A stretch of DNA of 64,000 nt from an uncultured virus (IMG/VR IMGVR_UViG_3300007229_000009) (Duplodnaviria; Heunggongvirae; Uroviricota; Caudoviricetes; Crassvirales): IMG/VR virus record IMGVR_UViG_3300007229_000009; one strand, written 5' to 3'. A program made the translations under genes and the position numbers. Positions 1 through 7,800 of this stretch are shown piece after piece. The notes beneath the pieces were generated by a model. That model was given only the letters and a program-made list of their open reading frames with translations. It was not told the DNA's origin and made no database searches. Positions within the stretch are counted from its first letter, which is position 1. Every line of letters starts with the position of its first letter.

Positions 1-1384
1 ATGGCACTTGTATTGCTTGGGCTAATATCTCACCAGCTACTTGTATGTTGGGTTCGTTCTCAAATGGCTTGTATGACTTAATATATTCTTTTAAAAACCT
101 AGCACAATGAAATAGTGCCAGTCCTCCGCCGGGAATAATGCCTTCTTGCAAGGCGCTACGAACTGCACACACCGAGTCATCGACTCGGTCAAATTTTTCT
201 TTTTGCTCCACGTCGCTATTAGCTCCGACATATATACAACCAATGGCACCAGCTAGACTTGCCACTCTCTCGTTTATAAAGTCTTTATCGCTTTTAATTG
301 TCATATTTTGTTGTTGTTCCTTCAGCTCTTCTATTCTGTTTTGTGTTGCCTCGCTTATGTCTGCGTCCTTGATTAACACACTGGAGTCTTTACCAACTAT
401 TATTTTATCTACATGACCAAGGTCGTTCATGTTTATAAGACTTAAGTCGTCACCAGTTTGTTCTGAGAATATTTTTGCACCGACCGCGAATGCTATATCT
501 TGCATCAGCTCGTGACTTTTGTAGCCAAACTGTGGAGGCAGAACAGTACATACTTTTAAATTATTACGAACCACATTGGCCGCAAGAGTGTTGACCACAT
601 TGTCAGCACATGGTGCGATGATTAGTAGTTTCTTGTTTTGTTGTATGATTGGTTTGAGTACATTCTCTATTTGCAGAATATTGTCAATTGTTATGTCACA
701 CACTAAGACCAAGACATCTTCAAGCACACACTCGTCTTTACGATGATTGTTCAAAAACATAGGTGAGGAGTATCCTCGATCTACTTTTATACCATTAGTC
801 ACCTCGGCATAGGTCTCGTGGTTCTGTGACTTTTCTACAGTAACTATACCATTGGCACCAACTTTTTTATAGGCATCAGATATTATCTGGCCTATCTCTT
901 TGTCGTTGTTGGCAGATATTGTTGCAACATCTAGTAGAGTTTCAGGAGTAATCTTCTTGGCATCTTTTTCAAGTATACTAATTATTTTATCACAATGCTT
1001 GTTGATTGCTTTAATCACCTCGGTGATGTTATGGTTTTCTTTTAATAGTTCTTGTCCTGCATTTACTATCGCTTCAGTTAATACTATTGCAGTAGTTGTC
1101 CCATCACCCGCAGAGTTAGCAGTTCTAGTTGCTGCATCCTTCATCATTTGTATGGCTAGGTTTTCTATTGGGTTGTCTAGGAATATAGACTTGGCTACAG
1201 TCACACCATCCTTAGTCACTGTGATTCCACCAACATGATCGGGTGATTCAATGAGTACAGTCTGACCGCGTGGGCCTAGCGTACTTTTTACAGCTTTAGA
1301 TATTGCAGTAATTCCTTGGATTAATTGTTTACGACCTTCTTCATCAAAAGTTAGGTCTTTGGGTATATAGCCTTGTGCACTCAT
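1..1384 (-). CDS. groEL: Phage-encoded group I chaperonin GroEL (3' end runs off the window; not in the ORF track)
   Basis: Manual translation from the ATG at 1384: MSAQGYIPKDLTFDEEGRKQLIQG...STLGPRG...TVTKDGVTVAKSI...AGDGTTTA...DDSVCAVRSALQEGIIPGGG, all hallmark Cpn60 motifs. Confidence 0.95.
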   Translation of the reverse strand, partial: MSAQGYIPKDLTFDEEGRKQLIQGITAISKAVKSTLGPRGQTVLIESPDHVGGITVTKDGVTVAKSIFLDNPIENLAIQMMKDAATRTANSAGDGTTTAIVLTEAIVNAGQELLKENHNITEVIKAINKHCDKIISILEKDAKKITPETLLDVATISANNDKEIGQIISDAYKKVGANGIVTVEKSQNHETYAEVTNGIKVDRGYSSPMFLNNHRKDECVLEDVLVLVCDITIDNILQIENVLKPIIQQNKKLLIIAPCADNVVNTLAANVVRNNLKVCTVLPPQFGYKSHELMQDIAFAVGAKIFSEQTGDDLSLINMNDLGHVDKIIVGKDSSVLIKDADISEATQNRIEELKEQQQNMTIKSDKDFINERVASLAGAIGCIYVGANSDVEQKEKFDRVDDSVCAVRSALQEGIIPGGGLALFHCARFLKEYIKSYKPFENEPNIQVAGEILAQAIQVP

Positions 1385-1411
1385 TAGATTAAATTAAATT
1401 AGATTACTAAA

Positions 1412-1419
1412 CAAAGATA
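1412..1419 (-). promoter_or_regulatory. Bacteroidota sigma70 -7 element (TATCTTTG) upstream of groEL
   Basis: Matches the TAnnTTTG consensus about 28 nt upstream of the ATG. Confidence 0.7.
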
Positions 1420-1442
1420 GTATAATTTGTGAAAAAGCAAAA

Positions 1443-1547
1443 TGTCAAATGACAATGTTTTTTGCTACTATACACTCTATATATATTTTACTATACTTTA
1501 CTTTTTTTTTATTTTTATAATAGTATTTTTTTCGACATAATCGACAT
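1443..1547. repeat. TGTC/GACA repeat element, copy A
   Basis: TGTCAAATGACAA...ACTATA...TCGACATAATCGACAT; the same architecture recurs at 10572-10680. Confidence 0.6.
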
Positions 1548-1649
1548 TATTAATAATTATAATAATAAAAGTACTAGTAATCAGTTAGTTAGGTTGTGTC
1601 GATTTTAAATTTTAGTTGTCATAGTTGTGTCAGTTATCATACACTTTGC

Positions 1650-1680
1650 AAAAAAAAAGAGATTTATTTCTAAACCCCTT
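1650..1680 (-). terminator. Rho-independent terminator after ORF 1711-1908
   Basis: AAGGGGTTTA-GAAA-TAAATCTCTT hairpin followed by a T run on the minus strand. Confidence 0.7.
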
Positions 1681-1710
1681 AATTCAAACAAAAAGAAAAC
1701 AGAAAATTTT

Positions 1711-1908
1711 TTAGAAATTAAGTTCGTTAAAGTTCTTTTTATTTTCAGCTAACTGTATCGCTTCTGCAACTTGATTTATCTTACGATCGTTAGTTACTGA
1801 TCGTTTAATAGATACTGCCTTTTGAATCCCAGTCATACTGTTTGGTCGTTCATTTATAAGTCTTCCGTTCTTAACGTACAACCCATCAATGTAATCAGAT
1901 TTATTCAT
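1711..1908 (-). CDS. Hypothetical protein (65 aa)
   Basis: ORF with A-rich leader, a near-consensus TATCTTTA upstream and a terminator downstream. Confidence 0.7.
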   Translation of the reverse strand: MNKSDYIDGLYVKNGRLINERPNSMTGIQKAVSIKRSVTNDRKINQVAEAIQLAENKKNFNELNF

Positions 1909-2516
1909 AGCTATAAATTTAGATAGTAAAGATACTGAAAATTTTTTTGAGTTATTAGATATATAGAGGTTGAGGGTTATTAGTGCTTATACACACACCC
2001 CACCCCCACAGAAAGTCATTATTTTTTTTTGATTAAAAAAGGATTTCAACTTTTTTTTTCAGATTTTTTCAGAATTCCTCCACCCCTTATGACATAGGTA
2101 GGTACTAGGTAGGTGTGACTCCTCACATCCCTTGTTAATTAGGTGTATACATAACTCCTACTCCACTATCTGTAGCCTTCCCTCTTCAATTGGTTAAACA
2201 AAAGAGAAGAGACAGAGAGCCTTCCCTTAACCCCCTCACCGACTGAATTACAACTAAACAAAACACAAACAAAACTCAACTATCATTTCACACTTGATTA
2301 TGATTAGTCAATTAAATATTAAATAGTAATCATTTGAAATAAGTATTAAAGAGAATTGTTTCTCCTAGTCTAAAAGTATTAGTAAAGTATTAGTAATATA
2401 TTAGATATTTATTGTATATTTACTCTATGAGAGACACACTATACACACAATTTACACCTAACTCACTGATAGTCAGTGACTTACCTCTCATATCTAACTT
2501 AATTAAATTAAATACA

Positions 2517-2600
2517 ATGGATGAATTAACTATTATTATCGAGAATGTATTCACAATGAGTGAAGCATTAGACATTAACATTAACCCTTTAAACCTATAA
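2517..2600 (+). CDS. Small early peptide (27 aa; probable true start of track ORF 2412-2600)
   Basis: ATG follows the A-rich TAACTTAATTAAATTAAATACA leader typical of the other early genes. Confidence 0.45.
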   Translation: MDELTIIIENVFTMSEALDININPLNL

Positions 2601-2602
2601 CT

Positions 2603-2782
2603 ATGATTACAAGACTAACACTTACAGACTTAGCAAAATTATCTAACCTAGTGTCTATGGAGATTAAGACTCAACCTCAAAATAGTACAGATGGACTAGA
2701 GGAATTAAGTCTAAAATTTAAAGAATTATTAACCGATGGAAGAAGTTCTTCTTATTGTGTAACCATTAACCCTAACAAATAA
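2603..2782 (+). CDS. Small early protein (59 aa; not in the ORF track)
   Basis: MITRLTLTDLAKLSNLVSMEIK...TINPNK, with a TAACTATG start context, tightly packed between neighbours. Confidence 0.65.
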   Translation: MITRLTLTDLAKLSNLVSMEIKTQPQNSTDGLEELSLKFKELLTDGRSSSYCVTINPNK

Positions 2783-2787
2783 TAACT

Positions 2788-2991
2788 ATGAGTATAAGAC
2801 TTACAAATAATCAATTTTCTCAAATCTTAAAGAGGTTTGATGAGTGGATAGAAGATGGTAATGTCATCACTATTACTGAATCCAACACTAAATATTATGC
2901 AACTCAAGATGCATTGTATAAAAATAGAATAGAATCTAAAGATGATTTACTAGACTATTATATAACTGAATTTAACCCTAATATATCTTAA
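2788..2991 (+). CDS. Small early hypothetical protein
   Basis: ORF track; TAACTATG start context. Confidence 0.7.
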   Translation: MSIRLTNNQFSQILKRFDEWIEDGNVITITESNTKYYATQDALYKNRIESKDDLLDYYITEFNPNIS

Positions 2992-2993
2992 CT

Positions 2994-3119
2994 ATGAAAT
3001 ACTTAATCAAATCAATTTGGAATGACACTAACCCTATAGTAGCTTGTTTAGTCTACACATTACTATTCTTTGATATTATAGGAATTACATTTATAACTTT
3101 TAACTTAATCACATCATAA
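2994..3119 (+). CDS. Small membrane peptide (41 aa; not in the ORF track)
   Basis: MKYLIKSIWNDTNPIVACLVYTLLFFDIIGITFITFNLITS has one hydrophobic segment; TAATG overlap with the next gene. Confidence 0.6.
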   Translation: MKYLIKSIWNDTNPIVACLVYTLLFFDIIGITFITFNLITS

Positions 3120-3757
3120 TGAAAATCAAACAACAAATCTTTGTCAACCTATTTAATAAATTCGATGACAAACCTTTTACTCTAAAGGACATTAGAGAAC
3201 AAGTATGGATTGCTCAAGGAAAGAATCCAAAGAAATTCATCAGTAAGCAAGGTTACTACAATAATACTATTGCAGATTGGTTAACTGATAGACTACTTAT
3301 TAAAGAAGCTAAGAACACTTATAAGTTAGGACTTTATGGTATACAATATTCAAAAAACCCAAATAAAGTCAATGCAATGCTTAGAGAGTTAAGTAAGAAT
3401 GCTCAAGATTATGTAAATAATCTACCTCACAATAAGTATAGGTCAAGATTCACACATCTAATTGGTAGAAAGATTGTTAATGTCAGACACTTAAATCCAC
3501 AAGAATGTGAGAGTTTTGGATGGTACAAATCTCCACTTGCACTATGGTTAGATGATGGTACTATCTTAATTCCTCAGACTGATGATGAGGGTAATGATGG
3601 TGGTGCAATGTTGCACTATGACACAAATCAATGGAGAGACAATTACATTGAAGAAGATGTGTTATTCACTATAGATGCTCAACAATCAGAAGAAGAGATA
3701 AGTAAGGAGAAAGAGTATTACTTGAATAGAGGAATGACAAGTGGTACTATAGATTAG
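3119..3757 (+). CDS. Early hypothetical protein (possible N-terminal winged helix)
   Basis: 212-aa ORF with a C-terminal DDEGNDGG motif; function not recognised. Confidence 0.75.
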   Translation: MKIKQQIFVNLFNKFDDKPFTLKDIREQVWIAQGKNPKKFISKQGYYNNTIADWLTDRLLIKEAKNTYKLGLYGIQYSKNPNKVNAMLRELSKNAQDYVNNLPHNKYRSRFTHLIGRKIVNVRHLNPQECESFGWYKSPLALWLDDGTILIPQTDDEGNDGGAMLHYDTNQWRDNYIEEDVLFTIDAQQSEEEISKEKEYYLNRGMTSGTID

Positions 3758-3796
3758 TTTGGAACAAGGAGAGGCTCGATTCCTCTCCTAATCTCA
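3751..3796 (+). ncRNA. tRNA-like minihelix / T-loop hairpin
   Basis: AGATTAG/CTAATCT stem stacked on GAGAGG-CTCGATT-CCTCTC, resembling a T-arm; no D or anticodon arm. Confidence 0.4.
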
Positions 3797-3804
3797 ATGC
3801 AATA

Positions 3805-4164
3805 ATGCAGATAATTAAATTTAATAAAATTATGAATCAATTTGAATCTAAAGATTTAGACTTAATTCGAGACTTAATCTCTAATAGAAAAGAGGGATTA
3901 GAAGAGAATTACTACACCACTATAAGTGGACAAAAAACCTTGCCTAAACAACAAGTAATTATTCAAGCACAAATCAATCAATGTAATAGAATTATTGATG
4001 TTTTGGATGCTACAGCTGGAAAGGATCTAGCTTGGGAATTTGATAATTCATCTCCAATTATCCACTTGGATGAGAATGGAAATGAACACAAAAATTCTCC
4101 ACTAGAAAACCATTTAAATACAATGGCACACATTATTACTAACCTATCTAAAAAACAGAAATAA
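3805..4164 (+). CDS. Early hypothetical protein (true start probably MNQF at about 3832)
   Basis: ORF track. Confidence 0.7.
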   Translation: MQIIKFNKIMNQFESKDLDLIRDLISNRKEGLEENYYTTISGQKTLPKQQVIIQAQINQCNRIIDVLDATAGKDLAWEFDNSSPIIHLDENGNEHKNSPLENHLNTMAHIITNLSKKQK

Positions 4165-4166
4165 CT

Positions 4167-4433
4167 ATGGAAAATACTTTAAAGATTGAACACCTTGTTG
4201 TAGATGACTTTTGGGTGTATAAAGAAACCAACAAAAATGGTTATGTAGCATTGAACTATATGTTCGGAACAAGTGATGAAGAATATGAGATTTTCAAAAA
4301 AGAATATTGTAAAGCAGATGAAGAGTTTACAACTTGGTATAATTTCTATTATAAAGGAGAGCATACAGATGATGTTATATGCTCAATGATTCATATATGG
4401 CATGATGCTAAAATTTTAAAAACAATTAAATAA
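4167..4433 (+). CDS. Early hypothetical protein
   Basis: ORF track; TAACTATG start context. Confidence 0.7.
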   Translation: MENTLKIEHLVVDDFWVYKETNKNGYVALNYMFGTSDEEYEIFKKEYCKADEEFTTWYNFYYKGEHTDDVICSMIHIWHDAKILKTIK

Positions 4434-4439
4434 ATAACT

Positions 4440-4730
4440 ATGGCACACACTAAAACAAAACAAGACCCAATTGTAGCATTTACTTACTATGCTAACAATT
4501 TTCACTATGACTTTATTGATAGAGTCTGGACAGACAATCCATTACTTGCAAACCACCTACAAGATAAATGGGATACCTTGGTTACACACTTAACTAAGGC
4601 AAGAGAAGAATGTTCTAATCCATTTGTAAGAAATATGACTGGAACAATAATCTTCTATGAGTTCTATATGATGCTTGACCAAAGCAACAAAGAACATTTA
4701 AATGAATTCATCTTAAATCAAAAACAATAA
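4440..4730 (+). CDS. Early hypothetical protein
   Basis: ORF track; TAACTATG start context. Confidence 0.7.
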   Translation: MAHTKTKQDPIVAFTYYANNFHYDFIDRVWTDNPLLANHLQDKWDTLVTHLTKAREECSNPFVRNMTGTIIFYEFYMMLDQSNKEHLNEFILNQKQ

Positions 4731-4732
4731 TT

Positions 4733-4948
4733 ATGAGAAATACTAAAGAATATTGGGATTGGAACAATTCACAAGATGACTTATTAATATTAATAGAAAA
4801 ATCTAAAAATAAATCAAAAGCAATAATTATGAACAAAAAAGAACTTATAGAAAAAATAGAATGGATTATTGAAGGTGCAGATGTTGGAGACAATGTATTC
4901 AAAATAGTACAAGACATTAATAAACTAATAAAAGAACAAAAACAATAA
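4733..4948 (+). CDS. Early hypothetical protein flanked by a 17-bp direct repeat
   Basis: ORF track; CAAAAACAATAATTATG at 4719 and 4937. Confidence 0.65.
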   Translation: MRNTKEYWDWNNSQDDLLILIEKSKNKSKAIIMNKKELIEKIEWIIEGADVGDNVFKIVQDINKLIKEQKQ

Positions 4949-4950
4949 TT

Positions 4951-5460
4951 ATGGGACAATATTTTAGAGTAATAAACAAAACAAAAAAAGAACTACTTAC
5001 TCCTCATACTTTCGGTAGTGGGTTAAAAATAGGAGAGATTATAAGCAGTAGAGGAGAGATTCTGCAAGGACTTGCTTTACTATTGGCAGAAGGACACATA
5101 GAGTACAAAGATTCAATTCCTCAACCATCTACCATTATCGGTAGGTGGCAAGGAGATAAAATAACTATTTTAGGTGACTCTGCATATGACAAAGAAGGTA
5201 ATAACATTTGGAATACTATGTGTGATTCTGAAGGAGAATTAAAGAAGTTATGGAAAGACATTTCTGTTGAGACTTATAAAACACTAATTAAGGACACCTC
5301 AGTAGGCAGTAGGAAAGCCGAACAAATAAAAAAGGAGGGCACAAAATGGATGTATAGTTGTGAGAAAGCACTTATGGAAGAGTTATTCCCTAAAGAATGT
5401 ACAGAGGGAGACTTAAGACAGAAGTATGACTTTGTAGAGAAAGAACAATCTGAAGAGTAA
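4951..5460 (+). CDS. Phage hypothetical protein (MGQY...GRWxGD type)
   Basis: 169-aa ORF; MGQYFRVINKTKKE and IGRWQGDKITILGD look like a conserved phage family; its 3' end overlaps the hammerhead ribozyme. Confidence 0.8.
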   Translation: MGQYFRVINKTKKELLTPHTFGSGLKIGEIISSRGEILQGLALLLAEGHIEYKDSIPQPSTIIGRWQGDKITILGDSAYDKEGNNIWNTMCDSEGELKKLWKDISVETYKTLIKDTSVGSRKAEQIKKEGTKWMYSCEKALMEELFPKECTEGDLRQKYDFVEKEQSEE

Positions 5461-5520
5461 AGGTTTAAACACCTACGAAACTCCCAGACATCTGGGAGTC
5501 ATTGTTTAACTTAATACAAA
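5431..5520 (+). ncRNA. Type I hammerhead ribozyme (predicted cleavage after GUC, C5500)
   Basis: Stem I AACAAT/ATTGTT plus distal TTTGTA/TACAAA; core CTGAAGA (5450-5456); stem II GTA(AA)GGT/ACCTAC; GAAA (5477-5480); stem III ACTCCCAGA/TCTGGGAGT; GTC triplet. Confidence 0.88.
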
Positions 5521-5525
5521 TAATT

Positions 5526-5870
5526 ATGAGCAAATTTATGAAAGCATTAAAGTTTAATCTTGATGCTTATGACAAAGAATTTATCGACAAAGATGATTTC
5601 TTACAAGCTATGGAAGAGCATTATCTCCACCTTAGTATGCCACTAGTAAGAAGACAAACTCTTATTGTAGTGGAGAGAATCAAAAATGAAATCATTGGAG
5701 ATTTTAATGGTAGATTACCAAAAGATTGGCAGACACTTTCTAAAAAAGTGGACCACACTAAGTACTATGCCGACTATCTAACTGACTTAAGTTTTGATTT
5801 ACAACACTACATTGAGGACAGACTTGATGAGTGGTTAATCTTTTGTCACTATAAAAGAAACCAACAATGA
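5526..5870 (+). CDS. Early hypothetical protein (ATG start at 5526 preferred over TTG at 5502)
   Basis: TAATTATG start context immediately after the ribozyme. Confidence 0.7.
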   Translation: MSKFMKALKFNLDAYDKEFIDKDDFLQAMEEHYLHLSMPLVRRQTLIVVERIKNEIIGDFNGRLPKDWQTLSKKVDHTKYYADYLTDLSFDLQHYIEDRLDEWLIFCHYKRNQQ

Positions 5871-6505
5871 ATGTGGTAGAACTTTTTAGTGGAAGCCGAA
5901 GCATAGGAAAAGAGGCAGAGAAGAGAGGACACAAAGTCTTCTCTTCTGATTGTGTGGATTTCCCAAACACAAATTATGTTTGTGATATTATGGATTTTCA
6001 GGTTAGTTCAATCAATTTTGACAGAGTAGATATGTTATGGGCATCACCACCATGTGAGTCATTTTCTGTAGCATCTATTGGACATCATTGGGAGAAAGGA
6101 CATGAGTTTATGCCAAAGACAAATAATGCAGTCAAAGGAATAAACATCTTAATGAGAACTATGAAGATTATAGATATACTCCTTAAGAAAAATCCTAATA
6201 TGATTTGGTACATAGAGAATCCAAGAGGCAAGATGAGAAAGTCTCCTCATTGGAATGATGTTGACCATGTCCGACACACTTTAACCTATTGTCAGTATGG
6301 AGATGATAGGATGAAGCCAACAGACATATGGACCAACAATACTTATTGGACTCCTAAACCTATGTGTAACAATGGAGATCCTTGTCATGTATCTGCACCA
6401 AGAGGAAGTCAAAGTGGAACTCAAGGTCGAGGAAGCTACTTTGATAGAAGTAAGATTCCATCAGAACTTTGTGCAGAGATTGTAGAATCAACAAATAATG
6501 TATAA
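5867..6505 (+). CDS. Short C5 cytosine DNA methyltransferase-like protein
   Basis: Motif I VVELFSGS, motif IV WASPPC and motif VI IENP. Confidence 0.8.
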   Translation: MNVVELFSGSRSIGKEAEKRGHKVFSSDCVDFPNTNYVCDIMDFQVSSINFDRVDMLWASPPCESFSVASIGHHWEKGHEFMPKTNNAVKGINILMRTMKIIDILLKKNPNMIWYIENPRGKMRKSPHWNDVDHVRHTLTYCQYGDDRMKPTDIWTNNTYWTPKPMCNNGDPCHVSAPRGSQSGTQGRGSYFDRSKIPSELCAEIVESTNNV

Positions 6506-6520
6506 CTTAAATTAAATAAT

Positions 6521-6649
6521 ATGAGAGAAAGAGCAATAAACAGAATACTAAATCTTACTGATAAGTATTCTAAAAATCAATTAGAATCAATAAAAGATAC
6601 TCAAGAACTAGTGGCACTAAGTTATGATGTACAAAAAATATTAACTTAA
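6521..6649 (+). CDS. Small early protein (42 aa; not in the ORF track)
   Basis: MRERAINRILNLTDKYSK...KILT, between copies of the TAACTTAAATTAAATAA junction motif. Confidence 0.6.
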   Translation: MRERAINRILNLTDKYSKNQLESIKDTQELVALSYDVQKILT

Positions 6650-6661
6650 ATTAAATAAATT

Positions 6662-6856
6662 ATGATAGTAAAATTAGCAGTTCATTATGAACAACAAAGA
6701 ACCGATAAAAAAGATAACAACAATGGTTTGTTATATGGAATATATCACTATGATGTACCTAAAGAAGATTTAGATACAGACAATATGTTTAACAATGATA
6801 TTGTTCATGTTGAATGGTATAAAACAAAATTAGAAAGAAATATTAACTTAAATTAA
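6662..6856 (+). CDS. Early hypothetical protein flanked by a 30-bp direct repeat
   Basis: ORF track; identical repeats at 6636-6665 and 6838-6867. Confidence 0.7.
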   Translation: MIVKLAVHYEQQRTDKKDNNNGLLYGIYHYDVPKEDLDTDNMFNNDIVHVEWYKTKLERNINLN

Positions 6857-6863
6857 ATAAATT

Positions 6864-7115
6864 ATGAATAGAGAAGAAATATATAATCAAGTAATTCAAG
6901 AGTATTCTGAATTAATAGATAATGGAGAAACTTGGACCACACCATCTGGTGATAATATTCAAGACATAATAGGAAACTTAGTTGACTTAGTTATGAAATA
7001 TGGTGAATTAGTATATGATGTTTTTTACCTTGATGACTATACTTTAGAACAATTAATGGACTATGAATACTTAAAAAAAGATATTAACTTAAAATTAAAA
7101 AGAAATTATGGATAA
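6864..7115 (+). CDS. Acidic hypothetical protein
   Basis: ORF track; D/E-rich. Confidence 0.7.
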   Translation: MNREEIYNQVIQEYSELIDNGETWTTPSGDNIQDIIGNLVDLVMKYGELVYDVFYLDDYTLEQLMDYEYLKKDINLKLKRNYG

Positions 7116-7404
7116 TCAATTTGAAATTATTAAGCATGTACAAGGGCTACTTGCTAAGGAAACCGAAGCAAGAGAACAAGCTGAAGAAAAACTAGAAGAC
7201 TTTAAGAACTCTTATCTTGTGATAGAAAAGAAATATTATCCCAAAGGTGTAGAGTTCTATAAGAAAGCTAAAATGTTTAGACTGCATAGAGAAGATGTCG
7301 ATGAAGATGTTTGGAAAGATTGGTGTGAAGATTTAGAAGTAGATAATGATGTCTATTCAATCTGTGTATGTGCAATTGGAAAACTAGAAGAGGATGAGTC
7401 CTAA
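7108..7404 (+). CDS. Hypothetical protein
   Basis: ORF track. Confidence 0.7.
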   Translation: MDNQFEIIKHVQGLLAKETEAREQAEEKLEDFKNSYLVIEKKYYPKGVEFYKKAKMFRLHREDVDEDVWKDWCEDLEVDNDVYSICVCAIGKLEEDES

Positions 7405-7558
7405 AGATATCATGGTAGAGTTGTTACACATCTTGTCTAAAATGATGAAGGCAAGGTGTGAACAATCTTATGATGAAGCCGAAGCAAACAAATGGTCGGT
7501 CAATCATCAGTTAATAAATGACATCATAAATCAAATAAAAAATGGTGGAATTAAATAA
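7394..7558 (+). CDS. Small protein (54 aa; not in the ORF track)
   Basis: MSPKDIMVELLHILSKMMKARC...NGGIK fills the gap between neighbouring genes. Confidence 0.55.
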   Translation: MSPKDIMVELLHILSKMMKARCEQSYDEAEANKWSVNHQLINDIINQIKNGGIK

Positions 7559-7582
7559 TTATATAACTTTAAAATTAAAAAA

Positions 7583-7783
7583 ATGAGAAAAACAAGTTTA
7601 GATGTATTTGCCGAGTGCAAGTGGGAATTAGAAGAAACAAAAGAAGAATTAAATGTCCTCCAGGTGAAATGGATTGCATTGACTAAGTGGTTAGAAAAAA
7701 ATCATGAAGGTAAGTTTAAGCATGGTATGGATGTAGTTACCAAGGCAATAAATAAAAGGAACAAAAAATTAGGTATTGAATAA
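7583..7783 (+). CDS. Hypothetical protein (coiled coil)
   Basis: ORF track. Confidence 0.65.
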   Translation: MRKTSLDVFAECKWELEETKEELNVLQVKWIALTKWLEKNHEGKFKHGMDVVTKAINKRNKKLGIE

Positions 7784-7792
7784 ATAAAAGTC

Positions 7793-7800
7793 TAGTTTTG
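7793..7800 (+). promoter_or_regulatory. Bacteroidota -7 promoter element (TAGTTTTG)
   Basis: TAnnTTTG match in the intergenic gap before the replication/recombination block. Confidence 0.45.

Noticed and set aside
138..1238. Plus-strand ORFs 138-416 and 900-1238
   Set aside because: Antisense shadows of groEL
3579..3600. CTGATGA in ORF 3119-3757 as a second hammerhead
   Set aside because: No downstream GAAA or supporting stems; ordinary TDDE codons
3751..3796. A complete tRNA gene
   Set aside because: Too short, with no D arm, anticodon arm or CCA; kept only as a tRNA-like element. I recognised no full tRNA in the window
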